This document shows positions 36,479 through 45,509 of a stretch of 64,000 bases of DNA, in pieces (the first letter of the stretch is position 1; each line of letters opens with the position of its first letter). The DNA is taken from IMG/VR virus record IMGVR_UViG_3300030376_000575, positions 1,058 through 65,057 of that record; one strand, written 5' to 3'. The translations under genes were made by a program, and so were the position numbers. Below the pieces are notes generated by a model that made no database searches, was not told where the DNA came from, and worked only from the letters and a program-made list of their open reading frames with translations. The stretch comes from a virus. Its lineage: Duplodnaviria > Caudoviricetes.

Positions 36479-36899
36479 AATAAATTCAAGAAATAAAGGT
36501 GCATCATTTGAAAGAGATATCGCTAGTAAAATCAATGAGTTCTTAGAACAAAACAGCAATAAATTCCATAAATTTAAAGATGTACCGAAGGTTAAAAGAA
36601 ATCTAGATCAATATCAAGAAAAAGGTTTAGGTGATTTAGAGTTACCGAACCACATTATTGAATGTAAACGATATGCTTCTGGTAACTGGTATAAGCAAGA
36701 TTGGTGGAAACAGACGGTAACTGCACGAGCAGGCAATATTCCTGTCTTGATATGGAAATACGATCGCCAACCTATACGAGTTTGTTTACCCTTGAGTGTA
36801 CTCAGTAAAGACTGGCAATACCCCAACAGACAGAACACAGACGTTACTGCTGTGATAGATTTTGATACTTGGTTGTGGACTCTCTGTTATAATCTTTAA
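36471..36899 (+). CDS. Holliday-junction resolvase-like nuclease
   Basis: SRNKGASFERDIA, GD and IECKR nuclease motifs. Confidence 0.75.
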   Translation: MGKINSRNKGASFERDIASKINEFLEQNSNKFHKFKDVPKVKRNLDQYQEKGLGDLELPNHIIECKRYASGNWYKQDWWKQTVTARAGNIPVLIWKYDRQPIRVCLPLSVLSKDWQYPNRQNTDVTAVIDFDTWLWTLCYNL

Positions 36900-36986
36900 G
36901 AACATGCTTTTATCATAAGTACCGTATATATAATATAAAGGGTATGTTTAGTAATTAAGCTAAACATTTATGATAAGGAGAGCAAT

Positions 36987-38015
36987 ATGGCTCATGCAGT
37001 AGAAACAATGGCTTACGCTGGGGAAGTTCCTTGGCATGGTCTAGGTGTACAGGTTGATCCTAACCTATCACCGCAAGAGATGCTAGTTGCTGCTGGACTT
37101 GACTGGTCAGTTAGCAAACGTCATCTTTTTACGCACGAACAGCCAGATTTAGATTCGTCTAGTGACGTAATCGCTGTCCCTGATTATTATGTTATCACTC
37201 GTGATAGCGATAATAAAACTTTTGGACCATGTGGTAAGCGGTTCATACCTACGCAAAACGCTGAGGCTTTTGAGTTTTTCAAAAAGTTTACAGATGCGGG
37301 AGATATGGCTATGGAAACTGCTGGTGCTTTAAAAGGTGGGGAACAAGTCTGGGGTTTAGCTAATGTCAGTAAAGACTTTACACTTCCAGGAGATGACCGT
37401 GTACTAGGTTATTTATTAGTAAGTGTGTCTCATAAATGGGGTAAGTCTAACGAGATTAAGTTTACACCGATTCGTGTGGTTTGTAACAACACTCTAACTA
37501 TGGCACTGTCTAGTGACAGACAAAACTCATTTAGAGTGCCTCACGTTAGGTCTTTAGACTCTGAAGTTTTCGTTGCTGCTGAAGAAGCTTTAGGTTTAGC
37601 TGGCGACCGTATGAAAGAGTTTCAAGAAAGCGCAGAGTTTCTTGCTCGTAAGAAATTTAATAAGGATACCGTTGTCAATTATATCGCCGACGTGTTTCAA
37701 CCTGAACTGTTGAAAGCACAAGAGGAGATAGAAAATATGACAGAAGTGAGGGCGATAGCTACTCGTCAGTCAATGGTTGATGACTTTAAACGTATCCCTT
37801 CATTAGTGCACCAAGCAGTAGAGGAACAGCCAGGAGCAAGACTCAAGTCATCGAAAGGTACTTGGTGGGGAGCTATGAACGCTGTTACTTTTGTGGTGGA
37901 CCATAAATGGGGACACGATAGAGATGCGTCGTTACATAATGCATGGTTCGGGAACCGTGCTTCTCTCAAGCAGAAAGCTATGAATAAAGCCATAGAATAC
38001 GCTGAGGCAGCATAG
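36987..38015 (+). CDS. DUF932-family protein
   Basis: MAHAVETMAY.GEVPWHGLG, QNAEAFEFF, ETAGALKGG and TPIRVVCNNTL. Confidence 0.88.
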   Translation: MAHAVETMAYAGEVPWHGLGVQVDPNLSPQEMLVAAGLDWSVSKRHLFTHEQPDLDSSSDVIAVPDYYVITRDSDNKTFGPCGKRFIPTQNAEAFEFFKKFTDAGDMAMETAGALKGGEQVWGLANVSKDFTLPGDDRVLGYLLVSVSHKWGKSNEIKFTPIRVVCNNTLTMALSSDRQNSFRVPHVRSLDSEVFVAAEEALGLAGDRMKEFQESAEFLARKKFNKDTVVNYIADVFQPELLKAQEEIENMTEVRAIATRQSMVDDFKRIPSLVHQAVEEQPGARLKSSKGTWWGAMNAVTFVVDHKWGHDRDASLHNAWFGNRASLKQKAMNKAIEYAEAA

Positions 38016-38131
38016 TATCCGCATCCCACACCTGTCTTTTGCTCAGTCGGGATAGGATAGGATTAAAATGCGCAGGCTGGGCTTTATTATGCTTTTATAC
38101 GAGTATATTGTAGGTTATACTTTTATATACT

Positions 38132-38545
38132 ATGAAAGATACATACATCTGTAAACAATGTGGTGATCAATTAAAAGGACAAAGAAGGAAGTTTTGTAGT
38201 GATGAGTGTGGTCAATCATGGATTCATGCTCAAAATAGAATGGATTTCGGCACTGGTAAGTGTCATAACGACACTGTTACTTACGATCAAAGGGTAGATG
38301 CTTCCGCAATACAAACTTTGCATGTACCTCATGAAATATTAGAAGAAGCAAAAGTTTATACAGATTGTAGGTCTGGTGGATACTGTCACCCACTAGGGTA
38401 TAAAATATTAGACGATTATGAAGAAATAAATCAAGCAGTGTACATGTTAAACGAGTTTTATCCTAAAAAATATAGAAAAGTGAAAAGTAAAGAAAAACAA
38501 TTAAAAAATCATGTTCCAGGAATTAGTCGAAAAGACTTCAATTAA
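38132..38545 (+). CDS. Zn-finger protein
   Basis: CKQC...KFCSDEC. Confidence 0.6.
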   Translation: MKDTYICKQCGDQLKGQRRKFCSDECGQSWIHAQNRMDFGTGKCHNDTVTYDQRVDASAIQTLHVPHEILEEAKVYTDCRSGGYCHPLGYKILDDYEEINQAVYMLNEFYPKKYRKVKSKEKQLKNHVPGISRKDFN

Positions 38546-38563
38546 AATAGAAAGGTGATTTAA

Positions 38564-38800
38564 ATGTATCAAATACAAAACAATATTCCTATCCCTGACA
38601 CGTTTACCCCAAGAAATAATAAGTATGATTTCCATAAAATGGGTGTCGGTGATTGCATAGAACGATGTTATGAAGCGGTAGAAGCACAGCGGATGCGAGT
38701 TGCTGCGTCTAACTATGCTACTAGAAACAATAAAAAATTCACTAGCAGAAAAGTTTTGAAAGATGATAAAACATTATTTAGGTTGTGGAGAGTAGCGTGA
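38564..38800 (+). CDS. Small putative DNA-binding protein
   Basis: IQNNIPIP..KYDFHKMGVGD..RVAAS...KKFTSR..LWRVA pattern. Confidence 0.6.
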   Translation: MYQIQNNIPIPDTFTPRNNKYDFHKMGVGDCIERCYEAVEAQRMRVAASNYATRNNKKFTSRKVLKDDKTLFRLWRVA

Positions 38801-39273
38801 GCAGTAAAAAGCTCACACCTAAACAAGAAAAATTTGCTCAGAACGTAGCGAAAGGTATGAAGAAAAAAGACGCTGCTCAAGAAGCAGGATACAGCGGTAA
38901 AAATGCTGGGCGAGCTGGTACTGTGTTAGCGAGTGATAAAAACCCTGTTGTTAAAAAACGTATTCAAGAACTACAAGCCAAAGCAGCAAACAGAGCTGTT
39001 GTTGATTTATCTACGCACTTAACCGACCTCAAAGATATTCGTGATGGGGCTATGCGTAATGGTGCGTGGTCTGCTGCAGTTACAGCTGAGGTTAACAGAG
39101 GCAAGGCAGCAGGATTGTATGTGACTCGTAGTGAGATAGTCGTAAACAAAGTAGAGACTATGAATAAACATCAAATTTTAGAGAGGATGAGAGAAATATA
39201 CGATGAAACAGGAGGCGTACTACCTTCTGGAACTCTTATAGAAGGCGAGTCTGAAGAGCTTGATAATCTATAA
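38797..39273 (+). CDS. terS: Terminase small subunit-like HTH protein
   Basis: LTPKQEKFAQ.VAKG....AAQEAGYS HTH and AVTAEVNRGKAAGLY. GTG start. Confidence 0.7.
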   Translation: MSSKKLTPKQEKFAQNVAKGMKKKDAAQEAGYSGKNAGRAGTVLASDKNPVVKKRIQELQAKAANRAVVDLSTHLTDLKDIRDGAMRNGAWSAAVTAEVNRGKAAGLYVTRSEIVVNKVETMNKHQILERMREIYDETGGVLPSGTLIEGESEELDNL

Positions 39274-39439
39274 TACGACTATGCTTTTATTTCATATAGC
39301 TCTAAGGTTTAATATACTTAGGGCTAGTATATAGTCTAGGATTCGGGGAGTGCTCGGTGGCTAGAGATCTCGAAAGTAAACAGAACCCTGCAGCCAGTTT
39401 ACAGAGCTCCCCAATCCGCTTTAACTAACAGGAGGCAGT

Positions 39440-39727
39440 ATGTCAGAAAACGATACAAAGCTAAAAGATTGGGACAAACAAGTAAATATGGTTGTTGCAC
39501 AAAATGGTATTATGGAAACACACTTCAAAAGTGGTAGGGTAGTTCGTAGGGAAAAAGATGGTACTATAACAGAAACACCGTCTGATATATCTAAAACTAA
39601 ACAATTGAAAGAGTATACCATTGATCAAGAATACAAAGCTAAGTGGAATAAAAATAGAGAAGTACACTCATACAAAATAAATAAAAAAGGCATTTTAGAA
39701 GACGTTATCATTAAAGAAAATGCTTAA
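39440..39727 (+). CDS. Hypothetical protein
   Basis: 95 aa with strong SD (AGGAGG). Confidence 0.6.
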   Translation: MSENDTKLKDWDKQVNMVVAQNGIMETHFKSGRVVRREKDGTITETPSDISKTKQLKEYTIDQEYKAKWNKNREVHSYKINKKGILEDVIIKENA

Positions 39728-39787
39728 CATGTAAACGTTCTAGGTTATTATTAATACCTAGTTTTAAAATAATAAGGAATATTATTC

Positions 39788-40369
39788 ATGTCTCATCCTT
39801 CACAGAAGTTTGACTGCGCTAACATCATCACTATACGTTCTACTAAACCGATACTCAGTAAAATTATAAAATTCTTAGAAGGTGATTCAGGTGTTTTCGA
39901 TTTCAATAGGTTGTGTCCTATACCTACTGAGTTAGCAGATATGGAATTATTTGCAATAGGTACTACAGATTATTATTATTTCCGTGAGGTGTTCAAAGCG
40001 TCGGGTAATGAATTACTTACGATAGAGTGGGTTATGGAAAACTGTATCGATCTTTTCACTCTCCGTCGTTTAAAGAAACAGTATGGTTTTTTATCGCGTC
40101 AGGATTGGTGTGTCAAAAACTGGGGTGTTATGGTCAACGCACACAATAGTAATTACGTACAGAACGATAAAGAGGACGATAGGTTTTGTGAGCTAGTCTA
40201 TTGTTTCGATACCATGTGGTCTGAGCCTCAACAGATATATGATTTATTATTTGTCTATCTACAGTCTTTACAGCATCCTGCTCATTTTGAGTGGTACTTT
40301 AAAGACAGTGGTCAAAATTATGAAGGTTATATGGAACCTTCTGGACATATTGCTGGCATAGATACTTGA
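39788..40369 (+). CDS. DUF1281/YubB-like protein
   Basis: FDFNRLCPIP.EL, DWCVKNWG and FDTMWSEP. Confidence 0.65.
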   Translation: MSHPSQKFDCANIITIRSTKPILSKIIKFLEGDSGVFDFNRLCPIPTELADMELFAIGTTDYYYFREVFKASGNELLTIEWVMENCIDLFTLRRLKKQYGFLSRQDWCVKNWGVMVNAHNSNYVQNDKEDDRFCELVYCFDTMWSEPQQIYDLLFVYLQSLQHPAHFEWYFKDSGQNYEGYMEPSGHIAGIDT

Positions 40370-40382
40370 TATAACATCTTCC

Positions 40383-40411
40383 TTTACTTTGGTTATACCA
40401 GTTTATATACT
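40383..40411 (+). promoter_or_regulatory. Sigma70-type promoter
   Basis: TTTACT-17 bp-TATACT. Confidence 0.65.
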
Positions 40412-40432
40412 TTATTTAAGGTTATAAACTAT

Positions 40433-40924
40433 ATGAAACAGCCAATTACAAATGAAGTATTAGTAACTACGTATCATGACAACGATTGGCATAAAGGTGA
40501 AGTAAAATCCTTACTGGCTATACAGTTTACAGCCGAGTTTGAAACTAAGCGTGGAATGCGGTATGGGTTCTACTTTTATAAAGATCGTAACATAACCTGG
40601 AAAAATCCAGAGGAGGTAAGCGAAATGGCTACGGCTAAGAAAAAAGTTAACACAGTTACATCAATCAGTAAACCTAGATTTAAAGCAGCACCAGGAGCTT
40701 TGAAGAAAGCGGTTGAAAAGTCTAATAACAACACACAAATCAAAGGGTTAGACCTTGATCGTGTTATTATTAATAATAAAGAAAAGATGGCTCGGTCAAA
40801 GGAGAACGCTGAGCGTCATGAAGAGTTGAGTGGAATGACTGTAAGGGATGCTTTAGCAACTCGTAGAGTTGAAGCTAAGGACATCAGGTACGACCTTGAT
40901 AAAGGTTTTATGAAGTACAAGTAG
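40433..40924 (+). CDS. Two-part protein whose C-terminal part belongs to the NAERH/DIKYD family (internal start at 40625 likely)
   Basis: GAGGAGG SD before in-frame ATG 40625. C-terminus KMARSKENAERHEELSGMTVRDAL..KDIRYDLDKGF. Confidence 0.65.
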   Translation: MKQPITNEVLVTTYHDNDWHKGEVKSLLAIQFTAEFETKRGMRYGFYFYKDRNITWKNPEEVSEMATAKKKVNTVTSISKPRFKAAPGALKKAVEKSNNNTQIKGLDLDRVIINNKEKMARSKENAERHEELSGMTVRDALATRRVEAKDIRYDLDKGFMKYK

Positions 40925-41224
40925 GTTTGTTTGGGGGAGGGTGTTCATATGTTATTATTCTCCTGTCCCTTCCCCAATCAAGAGAGGTACGTCCAGTAGG
41001 GTTTAAAGGGAAAAAGCCGTAACAGGTCGCGCTAAGTGGAGGGGTAACATAAGTCTAGCGAAAAAGCTCCCAGCCCCCAAGCCTCTCACCCTCTTTAACC
41101 TTGACCACGAGTGTCCCAAATCCCTTGTCGTGGTCGGGGTTATCTTAATTAACATTATCCTAGTAGATCAGTACCTGTACTATATACTTATATTTTATTT
41201 AAAACTTAACTTTAGGAGCATATC

Positions 41225-41410
41225 GTGGCACTAGATAAATTTCAAACCCAAGAATTATATAAAGCTATCGAGGCTGTAGCACTTGCGCATAAAGCACTCG
41301 ACGAAGTAAAAGCTGAGCATAAACAGCTCAAGTTAGAACTAGAGGAAGCAGAGCTAGATAAACAGCATGATATGCTGCAGAGGTTAAATGATGAAGAAGC
41401 CCAGCTCTAA
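41225..41410 (+). CDS. Small coiled-coil protein
   Basis: 61 aa, GTG start, SD AGGAG. Confidence 0.6.
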   Translation: MALDKFQTQELYKAIEAVALAHKALDEVKAEHKQLKLELEEAELDKQHDMLQRLNDEEAQL

Positions 41411-41594
41411 ATTAAAAGATATATTATTACATGAATTAGATATGGTTGTCTACATGAAAGCTGGTGAGAGACCCTCTCAAACTTTTAACAGGCAAATGCA
41501 GAAAGTTTTTAAAATAGTTCATGACATACCTGAAACAGTTCTTTACAACCCAAAAAGAATCAGTAGTCAAAAAGTTTACATTCAACCAAAGTGA
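41388..41594 (+). CDS. Hypothetical protein
   Basis: 68-aa ORF coupled to neighbours. Confidence 0.5.
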   Translation: MMKKPSSKLKDILLHELDMVVYMKAGERPSQTFNRQMQKVFKIVHDIPETVLYNPKRISSQKVYIQPK

Positions 41595-41603
41595 GGTGTT
41601 AAA

Positions 41604-41780
41604 ATGGAATGTAGTATATGTGAGAAAGAAATAGAAGTACAAAAAACAGACAGTGGTGAAGTTATCTGGGACCAAGGTCATAATGCAGAGCCAGTAAACG
41701 ATGGTAGGTGTTGTGGTGATTGTAATGTGAACGCGGTTATACCTGCTAGACTGTACATGATGACTAAAAATGGAGTATGA
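41604..41780 (+). CDS. Cys-rich Zn-binding microprotein (58 aa, absent from ORF track)
   Basis: MECSICEKEI...GHNAEPVNDGRCCGDCNVNAVIPARL; SD GAGGTG. Confidence 0.7.
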   Translation: MECSICEKEIEVQKTDSGEVIWDQGHNAEPVNDGRCCGDCNVNAVIPARLYMMTKNGV

Positions 41781-41916
41781 ACTACACCCCGAAGAACTTT
41801 ATTTGATAGAGTTGACTGAAAAAGCATATCTGGCAAGCTTGAACGATTCTATATTGCTAGCCATCGCTATCTCTGTTGTTTTAGGCATATACTTTTACGG
41901 AACAAAAGACGATTAG
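41770..41916 (+). CDS. Membrane microprotein (48 aa, absent from ORF track)
   Basis: MEYELHPEELYLIELTEKAYLASLNDSILLAIAISVVLGIYFYGTKDD. Confidence 0.45.
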   Translation: MEYELHPEELYLIELTEKAYLASLNDSILLAIAISVVLGIYFYGTKDD

Positions 41917-41997
41917 CTGATAACGCATCATGCTAGTTGATGTAATAATCCCTAGTATTATTAATATACGCTAAATAAATATAAGGAGAACCAGCGT

Positions 41998-42204
41998 ATG
42001 ATGTTATTAAACTATACAAGTAAGAAACAGCTCAAAGAAGCAGTCGGTGAACGACTCAGTTATGTCGAAACATCTATTTTCGGTGATGAGTACAAATCTA
42101 CAGGTAGTTTTGTCGGTGCTCGTCGACCTCACTTACAAGGTGGCGGTCATGAGTTTTTTGCTAAAATTATTATGAAAGACGATATAATCGTCAAGGTGGT
42201 GTAG
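41998..42204 (+). CDS. Hypothetical early protein
   Basis: YTSKKQLKEAVGERLSYVETSIFG..Y...FFAKI; SD AGGAG. Confidence 0.65.
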   Translation: MMLLNYTSKKQLKEAVGERLSYVETSIFGDEYKSTGSFVGARRPHLQGGGHEFFAKIIMKDDIIVKVV

Positions 42205-42205
42205 T

Positions 42206-42493
42206 ATGAGTAAAATTGAAGAAGTACGGATTAGCCAACCTGACGAGACGCGTACTATAACAGTCACCAACATGTGGGGTGACGATGTAGAAACTACCCG
42301 AAAAGAATTTACCGAAAGATGGGTAACAGCTATCAAAGACCTAGGACTACTTAGAATTATGACCCATGCTTGGAATACTGATTTAGGTACAGAAGACCTC
42401 AAGAAAAAAGATGACTTTGAAGTATGGGTTGAAGATATGGCAGGTCGTGAGTGGGATTATACATACATGGAGCAAACTGATGGGGACTCGTAG
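42206..42493 (+). CDS. Hypothetical early protein
   Basis: 95-aa ORF in operon. Confidence 0.55.
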   Translation: MSKIEEVRISQPDETRTITVTNMWGDDVETTRKEFTERWVTAIKDLGLLRIMTHAWNTDLGTEDLKKKDDFEVWVEDMAGREWDYTYMEQTDGDS

Positions 42494-43037
42494 TTATATT
42501 GCGTACAGCTCGTGGAACGAAAACGAGGTTCATGCAAGCTATTGTCATTATGATAGTTATCTAGAACACAACGGTTTCATGCTTTATGGTTTTTATCGCA
42601 GTATGTTAAAGGCTCGTAGATTAGTAGACTCTGGTTGTATTTCTTCTTTGAGACGATTACCTGCCGAGTGTGAAAGAACTAATAAAGATCCAGTAGAGAT
42701 ATATGACGATCTTACATCATTCGTAGAAGCTCTTGATCCTTTGTATCATGAGTATGTTTACATATATTTAGACAAACCACACCTTGAACGTAAAGGTTGG
42801 TATTGGGCTAAAGCAATATATCCTGAAACTGAAGACACGTTTTTCCATGTAGCGAACGGTCATTACACCGCTTTTAAACCATTGGGTCGAGCTCTGTCTC
42901 GCATAGATTTGCCTAAATGGTATGATAGTCGATGGAAACCTGTGAACTACATAACCGACAGTGAGGAAAATACAGCAACGAACACTTCGATGACTGTTGC
43001 CAGCCCTTGGCACATACCTATAAGTGATGATGTTTAA
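42480..43037 (+). CDS. Conserved phage early protein (MGTRS..YCHYDSY type)
   Basis: MGTRSYIAY...ASYCHYDSYLEHNG.ML..FY N-terminus. Confidence 0.6.
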   Translation: MGTRSYIAYSSWNENEVHASYCHYDSYLEHNGFMLYGFYRSMLKARRLVDSGCISSLRRLPAECERTNKDPVEIYDDLTSFVEALDPLYHEYVYIYLDKPHLERKGWYWAKAIYPETEDTFFHVANGHYTAFKPLGRALSRIDLPKWYDSRWKPVNYITDSEENTATNTSMTVASPWHIPISDDV

Positions 43038-43115
43038 TCATTTAACAATATGTTAGGTAATCTAGTTAATGTATTTTATTATATATTTACTACTAATATA
43101 AATAAGGGGAATAAC

Positions 43116-43340
43116 TTGAACGATTCTATAGTATTAACAGGTAAACAAATACCTTTAGCACGATTACTGGCTATGAAAGCAGCATTAAAGATGGAAATCA
43201 TAGGGCTAACTAGAAGCAAGGGCGGTTCTATATACTCATTAGTTAAAAAAGAACTAGGTATAAAAGGCAATAAAGGAAATGTGTTGTCTCAACTAGAAGC
43301 ACACATAGACGAGGTGTATCATGCTACGATGGTCAATTGA
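43116..43340 (+). CDS. Small basic early protein
   Basis: TTG start after AAGGGG; ARLLAMKAALKMEIIGLTRSKGGSIYSLVKKELG. Confidence 0.55.
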   Translation: MNDSIVLTGKQIPLARLLAMKAALKMEIIGLTRSKGGSIYSLVKKELGIKGNKGNVLSQLEAHIDEVYHATMVN

Positions 43341-43665
43341 TAATATACGCGATTATAAAGCATTGTGGAACTATGACGGTACAAAACCCGAAAGTGAGCA
43401 ATACATTCTTAACAACTGCACTGAGTCTATGATATATATGACCATTGCTGTAGGTATGAGTAATATTACCGAAAAAAATCACCTAGACTTTTGGTCACGT
43501 TTACGAATTATGGGGCTTGATGACAATCATAGTTACCAAGATGTTAAACGTCATATAGGGCTAACCACTAACGCAACACCATTAACTAAGGCAAAGTTTT
43601 TAAAACACGCATACGATAAAATATACGAAGAAGCTTTATATGAAAAGGAGAAAGCTGATGGGTGA
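43321..43665 (+). CDS. Hypothetical early protein
   Basis: 114-aa ORF coupled to neighbours. Confidence 0.55.
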   Translation: MLRWSIDNIRDYKALWNYDGTKPESEQYILNNCTESMIYMTIAVGMSNITEKNHLDFWSRLRIMGLDDNHSYQDVKRHIGLTTNATPLTKAKFLKHAYDKIYEEALYEKEKADG

Positions 43666-44026
43666 AACTTACGAATTTACCTTATGGAACGTAGGCGGTA
43701 GACATGAACATGATTACCAAAACTGTGTAGCATGGTTAGAAAAACAATACGATGATAGCGAGTGGACAGAAATCGCTGCCAATACTTACGATGCTGAGTT
43801 TCGGGAACCATGGACTCGGGAGTTAATATCTACTATGTTTAAGAATCCTTTAACTAATATGGGTATATTAGATGAAGAAGATACTTTTGTATTGATGAGT
43901 TTCCATCTAGATGATCCACTTAATAAATATATATACTCTGCACAAAGACAGTGGTCTAAACCAGATCCTTTATACCCTCTTGAACTAATACGAACTTCTA
44001 GTTTGTGGAGACATAATAGAGTTTAG
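43658..44026 (+). CDS. Hypothetical early protein
   Basis: ATG at 43658 after AGGAG. Confidence 0.55.
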   Translation: MGETYEFTLWNVGGRHEHDYQNCVAWLEKQYDDSEWTEIAANTYDAEFREPWTRELISTMFKNPLTNMGILDEEDTFVLMSFHLDDPLNKYIYSAQRQWSKPDPLYPLELIRTSSLWRHNRV

Positions 44027-44127
44027 TTAGTAGTGGGGGCTTCATTTAGGACTATCCTAGGTGATCGCCCCCTTCTTTACTATAGTTATATAGTAATAAG
44101 TTAATTAACTAACAGGAGGAATAACTT

Positions 44128-44415
44128 ATGACTTGGGAAATAATATTAGAAAGTGTGGACCAGAAACGTCATGCTATAGGTAAAGTGAAAACATTAGACG
44201 ATGCTCAAACTTTAATGAATGATTTAGAAACTCAATACGAAGAGTGGTCTTTAGAAATTGCGCAAGGTGGTGATAGTATATTGGCACCTGATGAATGTTT
44301 TTATTATTCTGCTGATTTCTTTATACGACCTATGAAAGAATACCCTATGATTGAAATTAGAACGTGGGAAAATGGTAAAATTTATCTCATGCGCAACTGT
44401 ACTTCTATCTTTTAA
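44128..44415 (+). CDS. Hypothetical early protein
   Basis: 95 aa, SD AGGAGG. Confidence 0.55.
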   Translation: MTWEIILESVDQKRHAIGKVKTLDDAQTLMNDLETQYEEWSLEIAQGGDSILAPDECFYYSADFFIRPMKEYPMIEIRTWENGKIYLMRNCTSIF

Positions 44416-44940
44416 TAGTTCTTTCTATATTAGTTGTCACGAATTTAGTTTAACAAATGTACACAAATATCTGCGTTTAGCCAATAAGCCAATATCTTAA
44501 TCTCTATAACCCTCGTTGCTAGTCCTTGTGCGAGGGTTATTGGCTATCCTATTAGCGACCTATTACCTTTGAACAGCCAATATGACCATGGACTGTGGTC
44601 GATGGTAACTTGATGGTAATATTGGTAAAGGTGTGATAAAGCATGTGAAAGATCTTTAGACAGTGGTTTGTGGACTGTGGACCATTGTATATAGAAACTA
44701 GGATCGACCATGATCACATCTACAGACATAAATACTACAGGAAATGGACACTGATCCACGAATTATAGACTTCCAGCTAATAGCCAATAGGCAAATACAT
44801 CTGTAAACTGACCAAGCTTTTTCAGATCTGAACCACAGTCCACAGTCCAGGGTTTTAAGTCTAGTTCTAGTCCGACCATGGTCCATTATTCAGATCGCAT
44901 TGTGATCAGAACAGGGTATAAAATTAATTAGTGATCATCC
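44416..44940. repeat. Non-coding region with short direct/inverted repeats and palindromes
   Basis: GGACTGTGG twice and inverted CCACAGTCC twice; TTCAGATCTGAA palindrome at 44821; ATAACCCTCG/CGAGGGTTAT hairpin; CYAATA repeats. Confidence 0.65.
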
Positions 44941-44941
44941 C

Positions 44942-44970
44942 TTTACTTTTATATACTTTTAAACTATCAT
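44942..44970 (+). promoter_or_regulatory. Sigma70-type promoter
   Basis: TTTACT-17 bp-TATCAT. Confidence 0.65.
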
Positions 44971-45046
44971 ATATGTGTTAGTTTAATTAATAGGGTGATT
45001 ATGCTAACTCAACTACTACTAATTAACCCTTATTACGGTGAATAAA

Positions 45047-45280
45047 ATGGCTAAAAAAGCTACTAAAGTTAAGCAAGAAGTTAAAGTCAACTGTGGTCCA
45101 TTCTCTCCTACTGGTGTTTATACCGCTACTGGGAAAGTGGCTCGCGCTACTCATAACGCGGAACGTCATGATGAGTTTAATGGTAAAACGGTCAGTGAGA
45201 TCCTGTCCCTTAAACCTACTCGTATGGTGCTCGCAGATATCAAGTATGATGTTAAGTGTGGCTTTATAACTATTGAATAA
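45047..45280 (+). CDS. Small basic protein, NAERH/DIKYD family copy A
   Basis: Lys-rich N-tail; 40/54 identical to copy B over the core. Confidence 0.85.
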   Translation: MAKKATKVKQEVKVNCGPFSPTGVYTATGKVARATHNAERHDEFNGKTVSEILSLKPTRMVLADIKYDVKCGFITIE

Positions 45281-45286
45281 TAGTTA

Positions 45287-45313
45287 GGGGGACTTCGGTC
45301 CCCTTTTTCTTTT
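45287..45313 (+). terminator. Intrinsic terminator
   Basis: GGGGAC-TTCG-GTCCCC followed by TTTTTCTTTT. Confidence 0.85.
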
Positions 45314-45467
45314 CGCTGGCTATTCAGATCTGAACAATGGTCTGTAAACTATATTCCTCTGTAAACTATATCAGCCCAATTGAACATGCGCCAGCATATA
45401 TACTCAGTCTAGTTCTATATATAGATTAGTTCATAATTATTTCTGATCTGAACTGTTTTATGTGCGT

Positions 45468-45497
45468 AAAAAAAGGGCTACCATTACAGTAGCCCTT
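45468..45497 (-). terminator. Intrinsic terminator (minus strand)
   Basis: AAGGGCTAC/GTAGCCCTT stem preceded by an A-run on the plus strand. Confidence 0.8.
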
Positions 45498-45509
45498 GAG
45501 GGAATTACC

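Noticed and set aside
38016-38085. Possible tRNA-like element after DUF932
   Set aside because: Only a single long hairpin can be formed, with no D, anticodon or T arms.
39358-39380. CTAGAGA...CGAAA resembling a hammerhead ribozyme core
   Set aside because: The core reads CUAGAGA rather than CUGANGA and stem II is too short. It is kept only as an unclassified structured-RNA candidate.
41000-41030. TTTAAAGGGAA resembling a cobalamin riboswitch core
   Set aside because: The downstream conserved hairpin and B12-box elements cannot be built, and the context is not a cobalamin gene.
44544-44886. Short minus-strand ORFs 44544-44759 and 44698-44886
   Set aside because: They overlap each other in a repeat-rich region, lack SD sites and have atypical composition, so the region is treated as non-coding.
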